DNA of 63,187 bases, counting the filler, from Basidioascus undulatus (Eukaryota), in the NCBI GenBank assembly GCA_000826855.1. It is 8 parts of 8 records of this genome, joined end to end, with 100 filler letters (N's around TTAATTAATTAA, not from the genome) between each part and the next. Parts side by side here need not be neighbours in the genome. Positions count along the whole stretch, not along the records: positions 47,492 to 55,294 come from JTLS01001490.1; positions 55,395 to 63,187 come from JTLS01001492.1; 6 more parts are not named here. One strand, 5' to 3'. Below are positions 51,283-63,187 of the stretch, piece after piece. Under the pieces are notes generated by a model. The model saw only the letters and a program-made list of their open reading frames with translations, ran no database searches and had not been told where the DNA came from. Numbering within the stretch: position 1 is the first letter of the stretch; every line of letters starts with the position of its first letter. The translations under genes and the position numbers were made by a program.

Positions 51283-52280
51283 TTAGAAACCATAGTCAGA
51301 CAGCGCAGCGGAAAGGGACTGCTGGGGGCAGGAGAGGGACGCACCCCAGCAGGTCAGGGCGGGAGTAGTGCTCGGCAGGGTCAGCGAACATCTTGGCCTT
51401 GTCCCGGTCGCCAAGGTCGATGTCCGCACAGATGATGCCCTCCTCCGCGGCGGGCAGGGGCTTCGCGAGCTCACGCCCATCAGGCCCGAAGATGCGTGAG
51501 ATGCCGCCTCCAGTTCAGGTGAGGTCCGTGAACGCTTTGTCGTGGTTCGCGCCCTCGGGCTGCATCTCCATCGCCTTGGAACCCTCAGCCGACAAGACCT
51601 GTAGGCCAATCGAAGCAGATGGAACGATGTGAGTAATGGGCAGGTTGTGGGCCCACTTACATATGGAAAGGCAGCGCACCTGAGAAGCGAACGAGCGTGA
51701 ATGTCTGGCCCTCGATCGCGTACAGGCGGGAGAGGGTGAGCGCAGCCTTGGAGCTGAAAGCCCACAGCTCGTGCCCGCGGTTGGGGAAGATGGCGGGCCA
51801 GGCAGCAACGTGGATCTCGTCGCCGAGAGAGTAGGTGTGGTACTTTAGAATCGTCTGAATGTGCTTCCCTAGTACACGAAGCAGAGCCAGACGGTTTCAG
51901 CTTTCGATTCGACGCAAAAGGGAACTTCCAAACGTACAGCACTGCAGATTGCCCACGCGCCGAAGGCGTGTCGATAACGTTTTGCAGCGAGTCGCCTAGG
52001 ATTTCAGAAGGTTCTGCACCGTCAGGTTCTGGTATCGGCATGTAGTTTGCTGAGGATATGCGAGAAAGGGGGAAAGGGGAAAGGAAGGGAAGAGAAAACG
52101 TACCGGTGCACTGGCCGAACATCACACGCTCGATCGAAGCGGGCATGAGCTTGCGGCGGTGGTTGCGGATCTCGCCCTGTCGTCCACGGCTCAAAGTCAG
52201 CTAAAGGGCAGGACAAGCAACAGACAGGCAAGGAATGCTTACGCGGTCGTCGATCCAGGCAGGTTATGAAGCCATCACAT
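51283..52280 (-). pseudogene. Nitrilase (carbon-nitrogen hydrolase) pseudogene, N-terminus missing
   Basis: HRRKLMPASIERVMFG, GDSLQNVIDTP, EIHVAAWP, YAIEGQTF, RIFGPDGRELA, ADPAEHYSRPDLL. The catalytic CWEH segment is corrupted and frameshifted, and there is an in-frame TGA near 51515. Confidence 0.8.
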
Positions 52281-52368
52281 TTTACTCTCTCGTTTTACGT
52301 CTAAATTTTTCGTGCCAGTCTCTGTATTTTCTTCCGAGCGCGAAGTATCCCCTTCTCGTTCCCTCAGC

Positions 52369-53041
52369 ATGTCCTCCCCAATCCCCTCCGACTGGTCCAG
52401 CCTCCCGTCTTACCTCCCGGTACCCAAGAACGACGGTCTCGCCACACACCTCCACAACTTCCCGCTGCCCCCTTCCCTCCTCCTCCCCTCCACGGCCGGC
52501 CCAGATGCACGGCCCGTCGATCTCAGCGCCCTCTTGCCCCAGCGACCCGTCTTGGTTTCACCTTATCGTATGGGCCAGCTGGGGGTGCCTAATCCGGATG
52601 GGTGGGACGATATTCCAGGAGCGAGGGGGTGCACGCCTGTCCATCTTCTTTTCCTTCGTTCCGAGTGCGCAGCAGATCACTTCGATTAACGAGCTCCCTT
52701 CCATAACCCAGGAACTCTGCGCCGTTCGAGACTCCATCGCCCACCTCCTCTCCATCCGCCAAACCTCTCCATCTTTGGCCTCAGCAACCAATTGACGCCC
52801 TACCAGTCCGAAGTCGCCGAGCGTTTCACCTTTCCTTCCCGCTCCCGAGCGAGGCGCAGCTCGAGCTCACGCCGGCGCTGCGCCTTCCGACCTTCCAGGC
52901 GGGCGGAGAGGTACTGTTGAGCGGATCACAGTTCTCCTTGAAGATGGGTTTGTCAAGAAAGTTGACTACCCCGTGTTTCCTTCGGATCAGGCGGCGAGGA
53001 GGGCGGTGGGGCTGCTTGAAGGAGCGGGAGATGGACAGTAG
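52369..53041 (+). pseudogene. AhpC/TSA (redoxin, BCP-like) pseudogene
   Basis: LPVPKNDG, WDDIPGARGCTP, FGLS, LRLPTF, KVDYPVFPSD. At least two frameshifts are needed after the intron. Confidence 0.78.
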
Positions 53042-53845
53042 CTGCGTTCCTTTTCCAAAGAGCCAGGCCCGGAACATACATTCTGGAAATATCAAACTCT
53101 TGCTGGACAGCATTTATGAAAGCATGATGAACAGACACCCTCTCTTTACCCACTTCGTGCCCCGGCGTCACAATGGTTCGGTGGGAGGCAGAGCAAACAC
53201 TGCCACTCCCTGCAGTAAATGGTGTTCGACTTCCATGTTTGTAATACTTATCGTACACAGTGGACTGGCGGACGTGTGGTACTGCTGGTTGTGTCACAGT
53301 CAGTCACTGACAGAAGGCTGCCAGGAATATGTTGTCCTTCAGGAATATGCCTCGGCTTGCTCCCGAGCCCTGCATCCCTGTACACACCGCATAATTCCAA
53401 AATAGTACAGACGACCTCTCGGATCCCACTAGATCTGTTTATGAAGTACTAGTGCACAGTCGAAGTGCACTTTCAAGTTTGTCGGCGTTTGTAGCCAAGC
53501 GAGTTCATATCGGCAGCGAGTCGAGGGAGTGCCCATTTCGACTTGCTTCCGCCCGCCTTCGACGTTCGACACTCACTTGCTTCTCTGTCCGCTGGGGATC
53601 GTCAAGGCCTACACCGCACCGCACTGCACCGCAACGCACCGCACGCCCTACTGTACGTTTTGGCCCCTGCGCAATGCGTCAAAACGCAGACGAGAAGATA
53701 TCTGATTTCAATGCAGGAGCAGACCTCTAAAGCCCGTACTTTCGCGCACAAACTGCGAGGCGACCCAGACGATAGTGCGTTCCCCTTTCCCCTCGTTCCC
53801 CGCCGTGTCCTCGGTGCCTTCCGCTCACTGAAGTCTGTTGTCTAC

Positions 53846-55294
53846 AATGTGCTGTAACTCTGGTACTTTTGATGGAACAGTGGACGTCGAGGCGGACACG
53901 CTCGACTGGGGCGACGCGCACGACGACGAAGTCCTGCACGCGTCCACCAAGGCCTGGCAGCAGCAGCAGTCGGTCCTCACCACAACTGCCACCACCACCG
54001 CCGCCGTGGACGAAGACGCGGATGTCATTTCCCTAGACGGCTTTGACGAGCCCGCGCCTGCCCTCGCGCAGGCGCCTGAGCCCCAGCCCGCGCCCAAGCC
54101 GCAGCCGATGAAGGAGCAGCTCAACGCGGCGCTCATCGCGAGCATCACCGCCGACGGTCCGCCCCTGCCCGCGGGCTGGATCGTCAAGGTCAGCCGCGAT
54201 GGCGAGGCGTACTTTTACAACCGTGCCTTGAAGAAGAGCACGTGGGACCGGCCGGGCCCGGAGGACGCGGGGGAGGATGTGCAGGAGAAGCAGAAGGCGA
54301 AGGAGGAGGCGCAGGCGCGCGAGGAGAGGTACAGGGATGGGCAGGACAGGGCCGTGGGCAGGGACGACCGCGTCAACGACCGCCCGTCCAGCTCGGCTGT
54401 TGCTGCCACGAAGGTGCGTGCTCTTCACGGCTTCTCGCCCTTAGCGGTTCGGTTTCTTGCTGACATGCATACCAACTAACCACCACTAGCGCGACCGCTC
54501 TCCTGCGCCCACTGGTCCCGCGTCAGACGACCAGAAGCGCCGGCGCACATTGCGCTACGACGAGTCGTCGCCTTCCGCGCCGGTCCACACCTCGCGCCTC
54601 GCGCTGCTGGACGGGCGCGCTGCCGCGGCTCCCGCACCCCGTAAGGCGCCGCATCCACACCTCCCCCTTCTCTCACTGCCCCTGCCCCCTCCACGCGCGG
54701 ACGGCTCAACCGTCGTGCGCCGCGCGCTCCGTGCGCTTGTCGGACAGCCGCCGCGCGCGCTTCCCCTGCCCCACAGGTCCACCCCGCCCGCGCGGCGCTT
54801 GTACAGCAGCCGTCGCAGCACCAACACTCACCGCCGCGGCCCCCCCCGCCCCGCTTGACGAGCGCCAACGTGCTTCCGCCCGCGGGCCCGCGTAACGGGG
54901 GCGGCGACGCCCGCTCACCGCCTACAGGACCGCGCAATCGGTCGCCGCCTCACCAGCGTCCGCCGCGCAGGCGGGACTCTGACGTCGACGACGACCGCCG
55001 CATCAAGGACAGGGAGGGGGAGAGGGAGAGGGAAAGGGGGCGCGAGCGCGACAAGGACGTGATGGGTGCGCCCCCGCCGTTCAGGCCTGAACTGCCTCGC
55101 CAGCGTTTCGGAACCGCGCTGGGCAAGCGCAAGCCCGAGAGGATGCCCACCGCCCTTGGCGTCGACAGCAACTACGCGGATCTGGGGGAGCGGCGGAGGA
55201 AGTGGGGCGAGCCGCAGGGGATCGCGGAGAAGGAGGAGGAGGAGAGGAAGGAGCGGGAGAAGAGGGAGGAGGACGAGGAGGAGATCGGAAGAGC
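53846..55294 (+). CDS. WW-domain protein with Arg/Pro/Glu-rich C-terminal region, 3'-truncated
   Basis: WW domain PLPAGWIVKVSRDGEAYFYNRALKKSTWDRP at ~54160-54255. The exact start is uncertain. Confidence 0.7.
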
Positions 55295-55394
55295 NNNNNN
55301 NNNNNNNNNNNNNNNNNNNNNNNNNNNNNNNNNNNNNNTTAATTAATTAANNNNNNNNNNNNNNNNNNNNNNNNNNNNNNNNNNNNNNNNNNNN
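55295..55394. other. Artificial contig-joining linker
   Basis: N44-TTAATTAATTAA-N44. Confidence 0.99.
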
Positions 55395-55399
55395 CATAA

Positions 55400-55472
55400 G
55401 CCTCGCTAGCTCAATCGGTAGAGCGTGAGACTCTTAATCTCAAGGCTGCGGGTTCGACCCCCGCGTGGGGCT
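55400..55472 (+). tRNA. tRNA-Lys(CTT), intronless
   Basis: GCCTCGC-TA-GCTC...GAGC-G-TGAGA-CTCTTAA-TCTCA...GCGGG-TTCGACC-CCCGC-GTGGGGC-T cloverleaf, with a T-run downstream. Confidence 0.95.
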
Positions 55473-55649
55473 TTCACTTTTGCTCCTCTCATCCAGTTTT
55501 TACAGGAGACACTGCCGACAGCGAGGCTGGTAGCGTTCACGTTATGTAAGGGGCTGCACTGGTCCCCGCAACACTTTCGCACTCCGCAAACTTGGCAGCC
55601 GACTTCGCCGCCTTTCATCGCACCACAGCAACTTCACCTCAGAATCACT

Positions 55650-58600
55650 TCATCTCCAAGCATTCTCCAGCAGCTCCTCCGCCTCGCCCTTACCCACCGC
55701 GGCAGCCTCCTCCTCTTTGAGCTCCACTCCAGCCCCCAGCGCTCGTCGTCCGACCTCCTCCCCCTCTGCGTCCTCCGACTCACTGTCCTCATCCCCCTCA
55801 TCCTCCTCGTCGCTGCTCGTCTCCTCATGGCCATACTCCGCAAACGCCGCAGTGGGCCCAACCAAGTCCTCCGGCACGCCCGAGCTCTCGCTATCCGCCT
55901 CGCTTTCCTCGTCCGTCGGCTCCTCCTCCTCTTCTTCTTCCGAGGACTCCTCGGAAGCGAAGAACCGCTCGAGGTCGTCGATGTCCGTGAAGCCTTTGCG
56001 GGTCGTCCCCGCCCCGCCCGTGGTGGAAGGCCCGAAGGAGCCGACGGGCGAGCCCGCTCCGTGCCCGGTAGGTGTGAGCGTGATGGGCGAGCCGGAGACA
56101 GAGCCGAGGTTACGCGGCACGGGCGTGGCAGTCTTGGTCGAGGGGGGAGTGGGCTCCTGCGGCGGCGGCGGCGGCGACGATGTCGTGTCACAAACGATAC
56201 ATCCGGGTAGAAAGACAATGAGGATCGGCTCGGCGCCCCTCTTCGTCGCGCACGGAGGAGTCGAGCCTGCCTGTAGGCCAGTCTGGCAGCGGTTCGAAGC
56301 CGGGCACCTTACGAGCGACCGCGAGGCTGAGCGTCCCGAACAGCTCGGGGTCGTCTTTTTCTGTTGACCGCGCACGGTGAGCATCTCTCTTCCTACTCCA
56401 ATAACATCGGATCCGTCGTTGGACTCACCAGCTCCGGTGATCTTCTCCAGCACAACCGTTTTCTCGCCGCCCAAGACCATCCTGACCTGCTCCCTTCTCA
56501 GGACGACCTTGCCCCGCAGATCGGTCTCGTCCTCGTCCTCGTCCTCCTCGTCGCGCTCGACAAGCGGCACGCCGGACCCCACGCCCGCTACCAGCGCGGC
56601 GAGGAACCGCGCGCGGTCCCGCACGTCGTAGTCGAGGTCGTAGCGCGCAAGGGCGAAGACGTGGCGGCAGAGGAGTCGGAGGGTACGGTGGTTGGGCGCG
56701 AGGAGCAGGAGCTTGGCGGCGAGGAGGATGATCTGGAGCTTGGCGACCGTGCCCTGTCAAGGTGCCGGGAGTTTCATCAGTTTCGAACGCCTCACTGCGG
56801 CGCAGAGGACAGGCGCACCTCTTGTGCAAACCCCTTCACGCCCTTCCGCAGCACGTCCGGCGCGCCCCTCCACATCCCCGCCCCGTCGCCGTCCTCGCCA
56901 AACGCCTCGCGCTCGTCTCCATCCGCGGCCGCTGCGTGCTCGCCCACGAGCCAGTACACGCTCGCGCGTGCAGAGGGGCTCGCAATGCTGCCGAGCAGGC
57001 GCGCGAGCTTCGCAACGATCTGCGTGGGCGAGGTGCGGTGCTTTGAGGACGTGGAGGAAGAGGTCGCGGTGGACGCACGGGACTGGAGGAGCGAGCGGAG
57101 GACGAGGACGGAGTGCGTTACGGCGAGGTCTGGGGCAGGTTGAAAGTGGAGGGGACGTGAGCTCATGAGGCTGAAGCGGCGAGGAGCGATGTGAGGAGAC
57201 CGCACCATCCTTGCTCCGAAGCAACTTGATGAGCGTTGACAAGCTCGACTCAGCGACTTCGGGCCGCTTGAGCGCGATTTGCCCCAGCGCACGTATAGAC
57301 TGCGCAGCGAACGTCTCATCCGCGTCGCGAGGGTATTCCTGCGAAAGCCCTGCCCTGGTCAGCACTCGCTCTCCCAAGGCGCAACATTCAGTTCCCACCT
57401 TCAATTCCCTCAGTACCGTCTGTACGTTGCCGGCGTCCACGAGCTTGACGAGCACGCTGAGCTTGACGAGCTTGACGGCCTCAGGATCGGACGCCCGGAC
57501 GAAGAAGTGGGAAGCGTAGGGCGCGAAAATCTCCTGCGCAGTTATACCCCGGCCCCTTCGGCATCAGCAATGCAACAATGGAGCAGGTGGGTAGTGCGCT
57601 AAACGCACAAACTCGTCTGTCGCCATAAGGTCGATGTCCTGTAGGACGCTGTGCACGACCTCCGGCTCGCCGTGCAGCAGGCGGAGGAGCGGGCGCGCAA
57701 GCGACGCGTGTCGCCGACGTGGAGCGAGGAGGACGTGCAGACGGACGGCAGCGGTGATGACCTGGCTCCAGACACATTTAGCAACTCAGCCGTCACGCGC
57801 ATAGAAGCGGCAAGGGGGAGGAGGTTGAACGTACAGAGGGATTCCGACTTTGGAAGAGCTGCGCGGCTTTGCTGAGCAAGAGCTCGAGATCCTTGTCTAA
57901 CGGCTTCTCCTCGCCTTCTTCCTCGTCCTGTCCTCCGCGTACCCCGTCCCACCCTACCATAGATCAACAACCGCCCCTCCTGAATAAATATCCCGCAATG
58001 CCTCATGCAAATCCTGCCCATCTCTCGCCTCGTGCCCAAATGCGAAAAGCCTACGAACGCACCTCCTCGTCCGGCCGCGACAGATACGTGCGCGCATAGC
58101 GCGCCAGGACGTTCATGAGCCCGTGCTGGGCCCACTCGTCCGCGTCGACGAGCATCCTGCACAGGCTGCGGTAGTGCTTGTGGAGGAGGTCGAGTCGGTC
58201 CGGGCACAGCACCGCGAACGCTTGGATCGTCGCGCCGAGGGGGATGGGGGACGGTGTTGCGAGGAGGGTTGAAAGCAGGGGAACGAGAGAGGAGTGAAGA
58301 CTCCGGTCGAGGCTGCCAAACATGACCCAGACCCACCCAAACCGCATGAGCACCCTCGCCTGACCTGCAATTTAGGAAGAGGTAAGGAGACACTCACGCA
58401 AGGCATTTTGTCAAGCCGAGTGCGCCCGCCTTGCGGACGTACGGACTTTTATCGATGACAGCCTTCTTGACGCCGAGGAGCACGACGGCAGAGACCATGG
58501 GGTTCCCGATGCTGCTGAGGACGCGGAGCGCCTGGGCGCGAATGAGGGGATTCGGGTCGTTTAGGTCCTTCTGGAAGCTGTTGATCGAGAGGAGCGCAAG

Positions 58601-59171
58601 GTCGGGTTCGCTCTCGGCGTAGCGGATGAGATAGATGTAGGACAGCTTCTTGATCTGCACCCTCCAATCCACAGCGCTCAGAATGCGAGATATTGCTAAC
58701 AAATGAACAGAACAACGCACCTCCGGGTTAGAAGATGGGACGAGCTTGACGACCGATGAGAAGACGCTCGAGACGTCCCTTCCCTTGGAGATCATGGCGA
58801 GTAGGCGCTTCAACGCATCGAGCACATCGCGGTCATGTCTTGACTCAAGCTTCGCGCTGAGATCCTTGACCTGCGAACAAACGATTTCAGCACCTTAGCA
58901 TCCATCTGGGTGTGTCCCAGGAATGAGAAGACGCACCCGATCATCGCTCGAGTCAAAGAAGCTCGCGCCCCCTCCCAGTCCTCCGCTCAACCCCAGATCT
59001 CTGCACAAGCATTCCAAAACAGCCATTCAGCTATACTCACACAGCAGAGATCGTTGCAGGCATGCTGTGTTGCAGGACGTACCTAGCGGACTCCTGGATG
59101 TTCTCCTGCAACCTCTGCTTGAGGCGGTTCGCGGTACTCGTCAGCGACGAGAGCGCGTTGGCGCCTGACAT
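55650..59171 (-). CDS. APL6: AP-3 adaptor complex beta subunit
   Basis: LDALKRLLAMISKGRDVS, IKKLSYIYLIRYAESEPDLALLSINSFQKDLNDPNPLIRAQALR, DRLDLLHKHYRSLCRMLVDADEWAQ, ARYDLDYDVRDRARF, and an acidic hinge. Confidence 0.93.
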
Positions 59172-59911
59172 TATTTTGGATTCTGGCGCCGCCGCTGGAG
59201 GATAGAATGAAGAGGATTGGAACTCTCGGAAAGATGGGAAATCAAGAAGATGAGAGTGGGCAGCCAACTCGGGCGGTCGTGCCCGACGTCACCGAGCCGG
59301 CGAGGCTCGAAGGGCGGGGAGTTCGTTGTGGCTTAATGCAGTGCCAATCTGCCGGAGCCAACTAGAGGTCGTTCAAGCTGCAGTAGACTATGAATCATTG
59401 ATAAATTTTGAATATTTCGTAACAGGTACAATTTGAGGATAAGTGCGGGAGGTTAACGACCGGGGAACCCACTGAATTTTCGCATCTCAACGCATTGCAA
59501 CGCTGCGAAACTTCCCATCATCGGAAAATGGTGCAGTCAGCAGGGAACTCTTTTCAACAGAAAGTGCCCCTGATCTAAGAAATGGATTGAATTGCAGGCT
59601 TCGGTGAACATTCGTGCTGCGAAACAGTTTGAAACCTGATCAAATACTGTCAGAGCGTCAGACCTCAAGCACAAGGCGGCTCCGTCGCTGTGCAATGGCC
59701 GGCCACGGGCCTCACAAACCATTTTTAAATGTAGGCAAAGTGTTCTTTGTGCTTCTCATTCAGGCAGATCTGCCTGCCCCCGTGGGTTGGCCAAGTCCAA
59801 GAAGTTCCACCCAGGCTGTCCTTGTTCTTCCGCATCACGTCCGCACTCTCTATTCACCGCTTTACCCTTTTTGCTCAACCACCGGATTCAAAGAATGTTT
59901 TAAGATTCAAC

Positions 59912-61270
59912 ATGTCAACCGAGTCCCTCAGCAGCGGCACCTCTCAATCCAGCGAGCTCGCTCGTCCTCCCCTTTCGGGCGTCCAGATTCCTCGATTCGC
60001 TCGTAAAGACCCTCGACGACACCGAGTCGCAGTTCTGTTGCGGCGGCCATTTCAACTTTCCGAGAATATCACCCCGGAGCTATACTACAAGTTTGGCGCC
60101 CACAGTGCTCATGCAACAATCGCATGTTTCCCGCTGGGCCAGTCTGACCTCGTCGCCCTCTTCGAGGCTTGCGCGCCCTCTCCGCATGGCAAGGGCCGGA
60201 AGACGGTGTACGATGAAGTCTTACTGCCTTGCGCGTGATCTACCCCCAGAGCGTATCGCCCTGCCCACGACCTTTGTTTTAGACATCGTCGGAGGCTCGA
60301 GTCCGATCCTGGACACCATCTCCTCTCTTACCGCTGACGAAGGCGAGCGCGTCGAGGCAGTCCTTTACAAGCTCAACGTGCACGGTCCAGATGGATTCTT
60401 CAATGTGCGCAAAGACATGCCCAAGGCCGAGAACCACCTCGGTACGCTGCTCGTCGGCTTGCCGTCGAGCCATGAAGGCGGGGCTCTCGTGGTTCGCCAC
60501 TTGGGCAGGGAAATCATCTTCGACTGGTCCGACGAGGGACTAGCGAAGGATGGAGGGATCCTAGAGGGCACCGTCCCTTGGGCGTTTCTCTTTTCCGACG
60601 TGGAGCATGAGGTCCTCCCAGTCCGGTCGGGCTATTGTCTCACACTCGCATTCGACATCTTCACCATGTCACCAGCGGCAAGTGCCGCCGCATGTTCCGC
60701 CATGGACAAGAGCATTTTGACACCCTTCTCTCTTGACCTCCGTGCCGCTCTCGAAAATCCCTCTTTTCTCCCAGAGGGCGGACGACTCGGCTTCGCACTG
60801 CAACACGAGTACCCAGCAACCACAACCGACTTCGCGCACTCTTTCGCGCAGCAGCTGAAAGGCGGAGACGCCTCCCTCTGCAGGGATCAACTTTGTTGTC
60901 AAGGTGGTCTTCCCGCTAGGGGGCCACTACTTCCGGACTTCGAACATCGACACCTCCGTCTGGCCAGACGATGGGCATAGCTCCGGGTTCGGACCGGACG
61001 GAGTGTTGTTTACGGCCGACAAGTTCTGCGGGAGCTGGTATGACTTCAGGCAGCCGGAAAATGAAGTGGAGTTGGTTGAAGAGGACTTCGGAGGGACTCT
61101 TGAACCCGATATTGTCTGTGAGTAATGGCTATCCATCGTCTCCTCGCCGTTAGTTCAGACTCTTAGTGTTGTCCAAAGGGTGCCGCTACCCTCGTGAAGA
61201 GAACAGGTGCATTGCCGAACACTACATGGGGTATTGCAATACCGCAGAGCTAGCCTGCCTTTACATTACG
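59912..61270 (+). pseudogene. 2OG-Fe(II) oxygenase-family pseudogene
   Basis: LYKLNVHGPDGFF, GTLLVGLPSSHEGGALVVRH, WAFLFSDVEHEVLPVRSGY, FLPEGGRLGFALQHEYP. HxD reads RKD, and there are frameshifts near 60230 and 60890. The 3' end is approximate. Confidence 0.75.
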
Positions 61271-61870
61271 GCGGGTCTGATTGCCACGGTGCCAAGGGTG
61301 AGAGAAGGATGCCGCAGGGCTGTCGGGACCGAGTGAAGGGTGTGGCGGGAAAATTAATCCACCGATAAACGTGCATACGTTTTGCACGCCTGTTCTGTTC
61401 CCAGTAGGTACTCGGAGAAACCCAAGTCAATTGGCTCGAAAGGTTTGGTGGTTTCTTTGCTTGCAAGGAATCACAGGTTGTGGATACAGTCGCCTTCTTC
61501 TGTGTGGCGTTCCCTGGCCATGGTTTTTTCACTTGAATTCGTGTGTTCCATGGTTCTTTGTGAAAGGGCGTAAGACGAGTGCTGCTTGCTCTGCTGTCCG
61601 CACAATGTGCCGTTGCCAGCGAGCGTTTCAAAGACCCCATGGAGTGCAGAACTCCGTTGCCATGTGAGTTCCGGAAGCCTGCCTTACACTTTTTTATTTA
61701 TACTTGACGTGGCAGCTCAACGTCGTTGACTCCCGTTACGGGCACAAAACGGCACCCGTTGCGGTGCTTTCCGCCCTCAGCCCGAGTCCTTCTTCGTCTC
61801 CTTGCCTCTCCCAACCCCCATCCCGCCTGAGTTCACTTTCAAGGCACGCTAGTCCCCCTTACCGTACAAA

Positions 61871-62630
61871 ATGTCCACGGTTCCTTTACTCGCTGCCAGT
61901 TCCACCCCATCAGCCTGCTGGATCTTCCCACCGAGCTGCTCTTCAAAGTCCGCTCGCTCCTCGACTTCTCTTCAGCCATTGCGGCCTCTCAGATCTACCG
62001 CGCCCTCCGCCCAGGGCCCCAGCGAGCGATGCGTACTGGACGCGCTGCTTTTGCGCTCGGGCTACGCCGCGCCGTGCGGCGTCGTTCCCGCTGGCTGGCG
62101 CGGCCGCTGGGAGCGCCCACGACAGCTCGCAGCCATTATTGCGGGGCACTTGCGCGGAGGATGCGAGGTGTGCGAGTGGGGGAAGAAGCGGTCGCCTTTG
62201 CGCAAGGTGATCCGGACGGCTGAAAGGGGTAAACCAGTTTGGAACAAACGGCGTGTCCTGACATTCACGACCTGCTTCCCCTTACAAGCGGTCTCGATGG
62301 AGCTGACGCCAACCGTCCTCGACCACAAAGCCGTCGCCGCCCAACGCATCAAGTTGCGCTACCACCCCATCCTGCTGGACAACATGCGCTCCTCGATGAA
62401 CACGACGCTCACGCGGACCTCATCATCCACGATTTTGACCGGCCGGAAGTGGACGACCCCTCCCTGCTGTTCATCAAGCACCCGCCGCTCGTCTTCGCCA
62501 TCGCGGCCTCCCCCCCCAAGTCTCCCTCTGCATGCGATCCCCCGTCCCGTTAATGCCTGCGGCGCATCTCGGCGTCTCCGGCGGCGGACGCCCGGTCACT
62601 CACTGTGCTCGACATCGTGCATGGCTTGAA
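61871..62630 (+). pseudogene. F-box protein, frameshifted
   Basis: SLLDLPTELLFKVRSLLD is an F-box motif, but it is out of frame with the ATG at 61871 and with downstream segments. Confidence 0.5.
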
Positions 62631-63090
62631 CAGCTGCAAGTTCGCTCGGAGAGCACCTGAGAACTGCGTGTTTGTGGAGAGAGCATTTTTACTGTTCTTT
62701 CGCGGTGAATGACGATCGATCTTCTGCCTGTGTCAACAGGCGGTCATACAATCATCGACAATCATGTGCGGTCCAAGCGCGGGAGCACGATCATGTAGCT
62801 CGAGAGGGGGATACTTAGAGAGTGGGGAATATTGGATGATGAGCGTGAGCGTGGGCATTGGACGAATCTGAGGACTCCGATGAGTAACTAGCGATGCAGC
62901 ATTGTGTGTTCCTCCTGTATTGCGGTTGAGTAAGTACAGCTGTGTTCGTGGCTCAGGCACAGAAGGACGACTAATGGGAGTCCCCTCCGGCAGAGGCAGT
63001 TAGGATGGGACTCAGGAGGGATGCATTTTGAATGCGGTGTTCTGCAGCTCCCAGGCCGGCAATCAAGAAAGTGGATGACCGACACAAAAA

Positions 63091-63163
63091 AGCCCCACGC
63101 GGGGGTCGAACCCGCAGCCTTGAGATTAAGAGTCTCACGCTCTACCGATTGAGCTAGCGAGGC
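63091..63163 (-). tRNA. tRNA-Lys(CTT), identical to 55400-55472
   Basis: Exact reverse complement of the first copy, followed by a T-run terminator on the minus strand. Confidence 0.95.
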
Positions 63164-63187
63164 TTGTATTTTTCGTCCAAGTTTTCA

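Overview
This is eukaryotic DNA from a fungus, most likely a basidiomycete: GC-rich exons, many short GT-AG introns with CTRAC/CTRAY branch points, class I hydrophobins, a velvet protein and an AA9-fold gene. It is not one locus. Eight unrelated contigs, sorted by size (7824, 7821, 7819, 7814, 7809, 7804, 7803, 7793 bp), are joined by an artificial N44-TTAATTAATTAA-N44 linker, so gene neighbourhood is meaningful only within a contig. Recognisable genes are a secreted phosphoesterase/phospholipase C, SSZ1, NOT4, the end of polyubiquitin, urease, PDB1, SEC22, an MPO1-like gene, two hydrophobins, a velvet protein, a MYST acetyltransferase, snurportin-1, sphingolipid delta-4 desaturase, a WW-domain protein, AP-3 beta, tRNA-Glu(CTC) and two tRNA-Lys(CTT). 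Several pseudogenes are also present (nitrilase, redoxin, 2OG-Fe(II) oxygenase, F-box-like). Two observations stand out. (1) An intronless, tightly packed, alternating-strand multi-ORF element of unrecognised identity occurs on two contigs. The copies differ mainly at synonymous sites but carry independent disablements, as expected for separate captures from a replicating virus- or plasmid-like agent, and one copy splits a host F-box-like gene. (2) An intact AA9 LPMO-fold gene has its copper histidine brace replaced by Asp and Glu, with matching second-sphere changes. All calls come from reading the sequence by eye; no searches were run.
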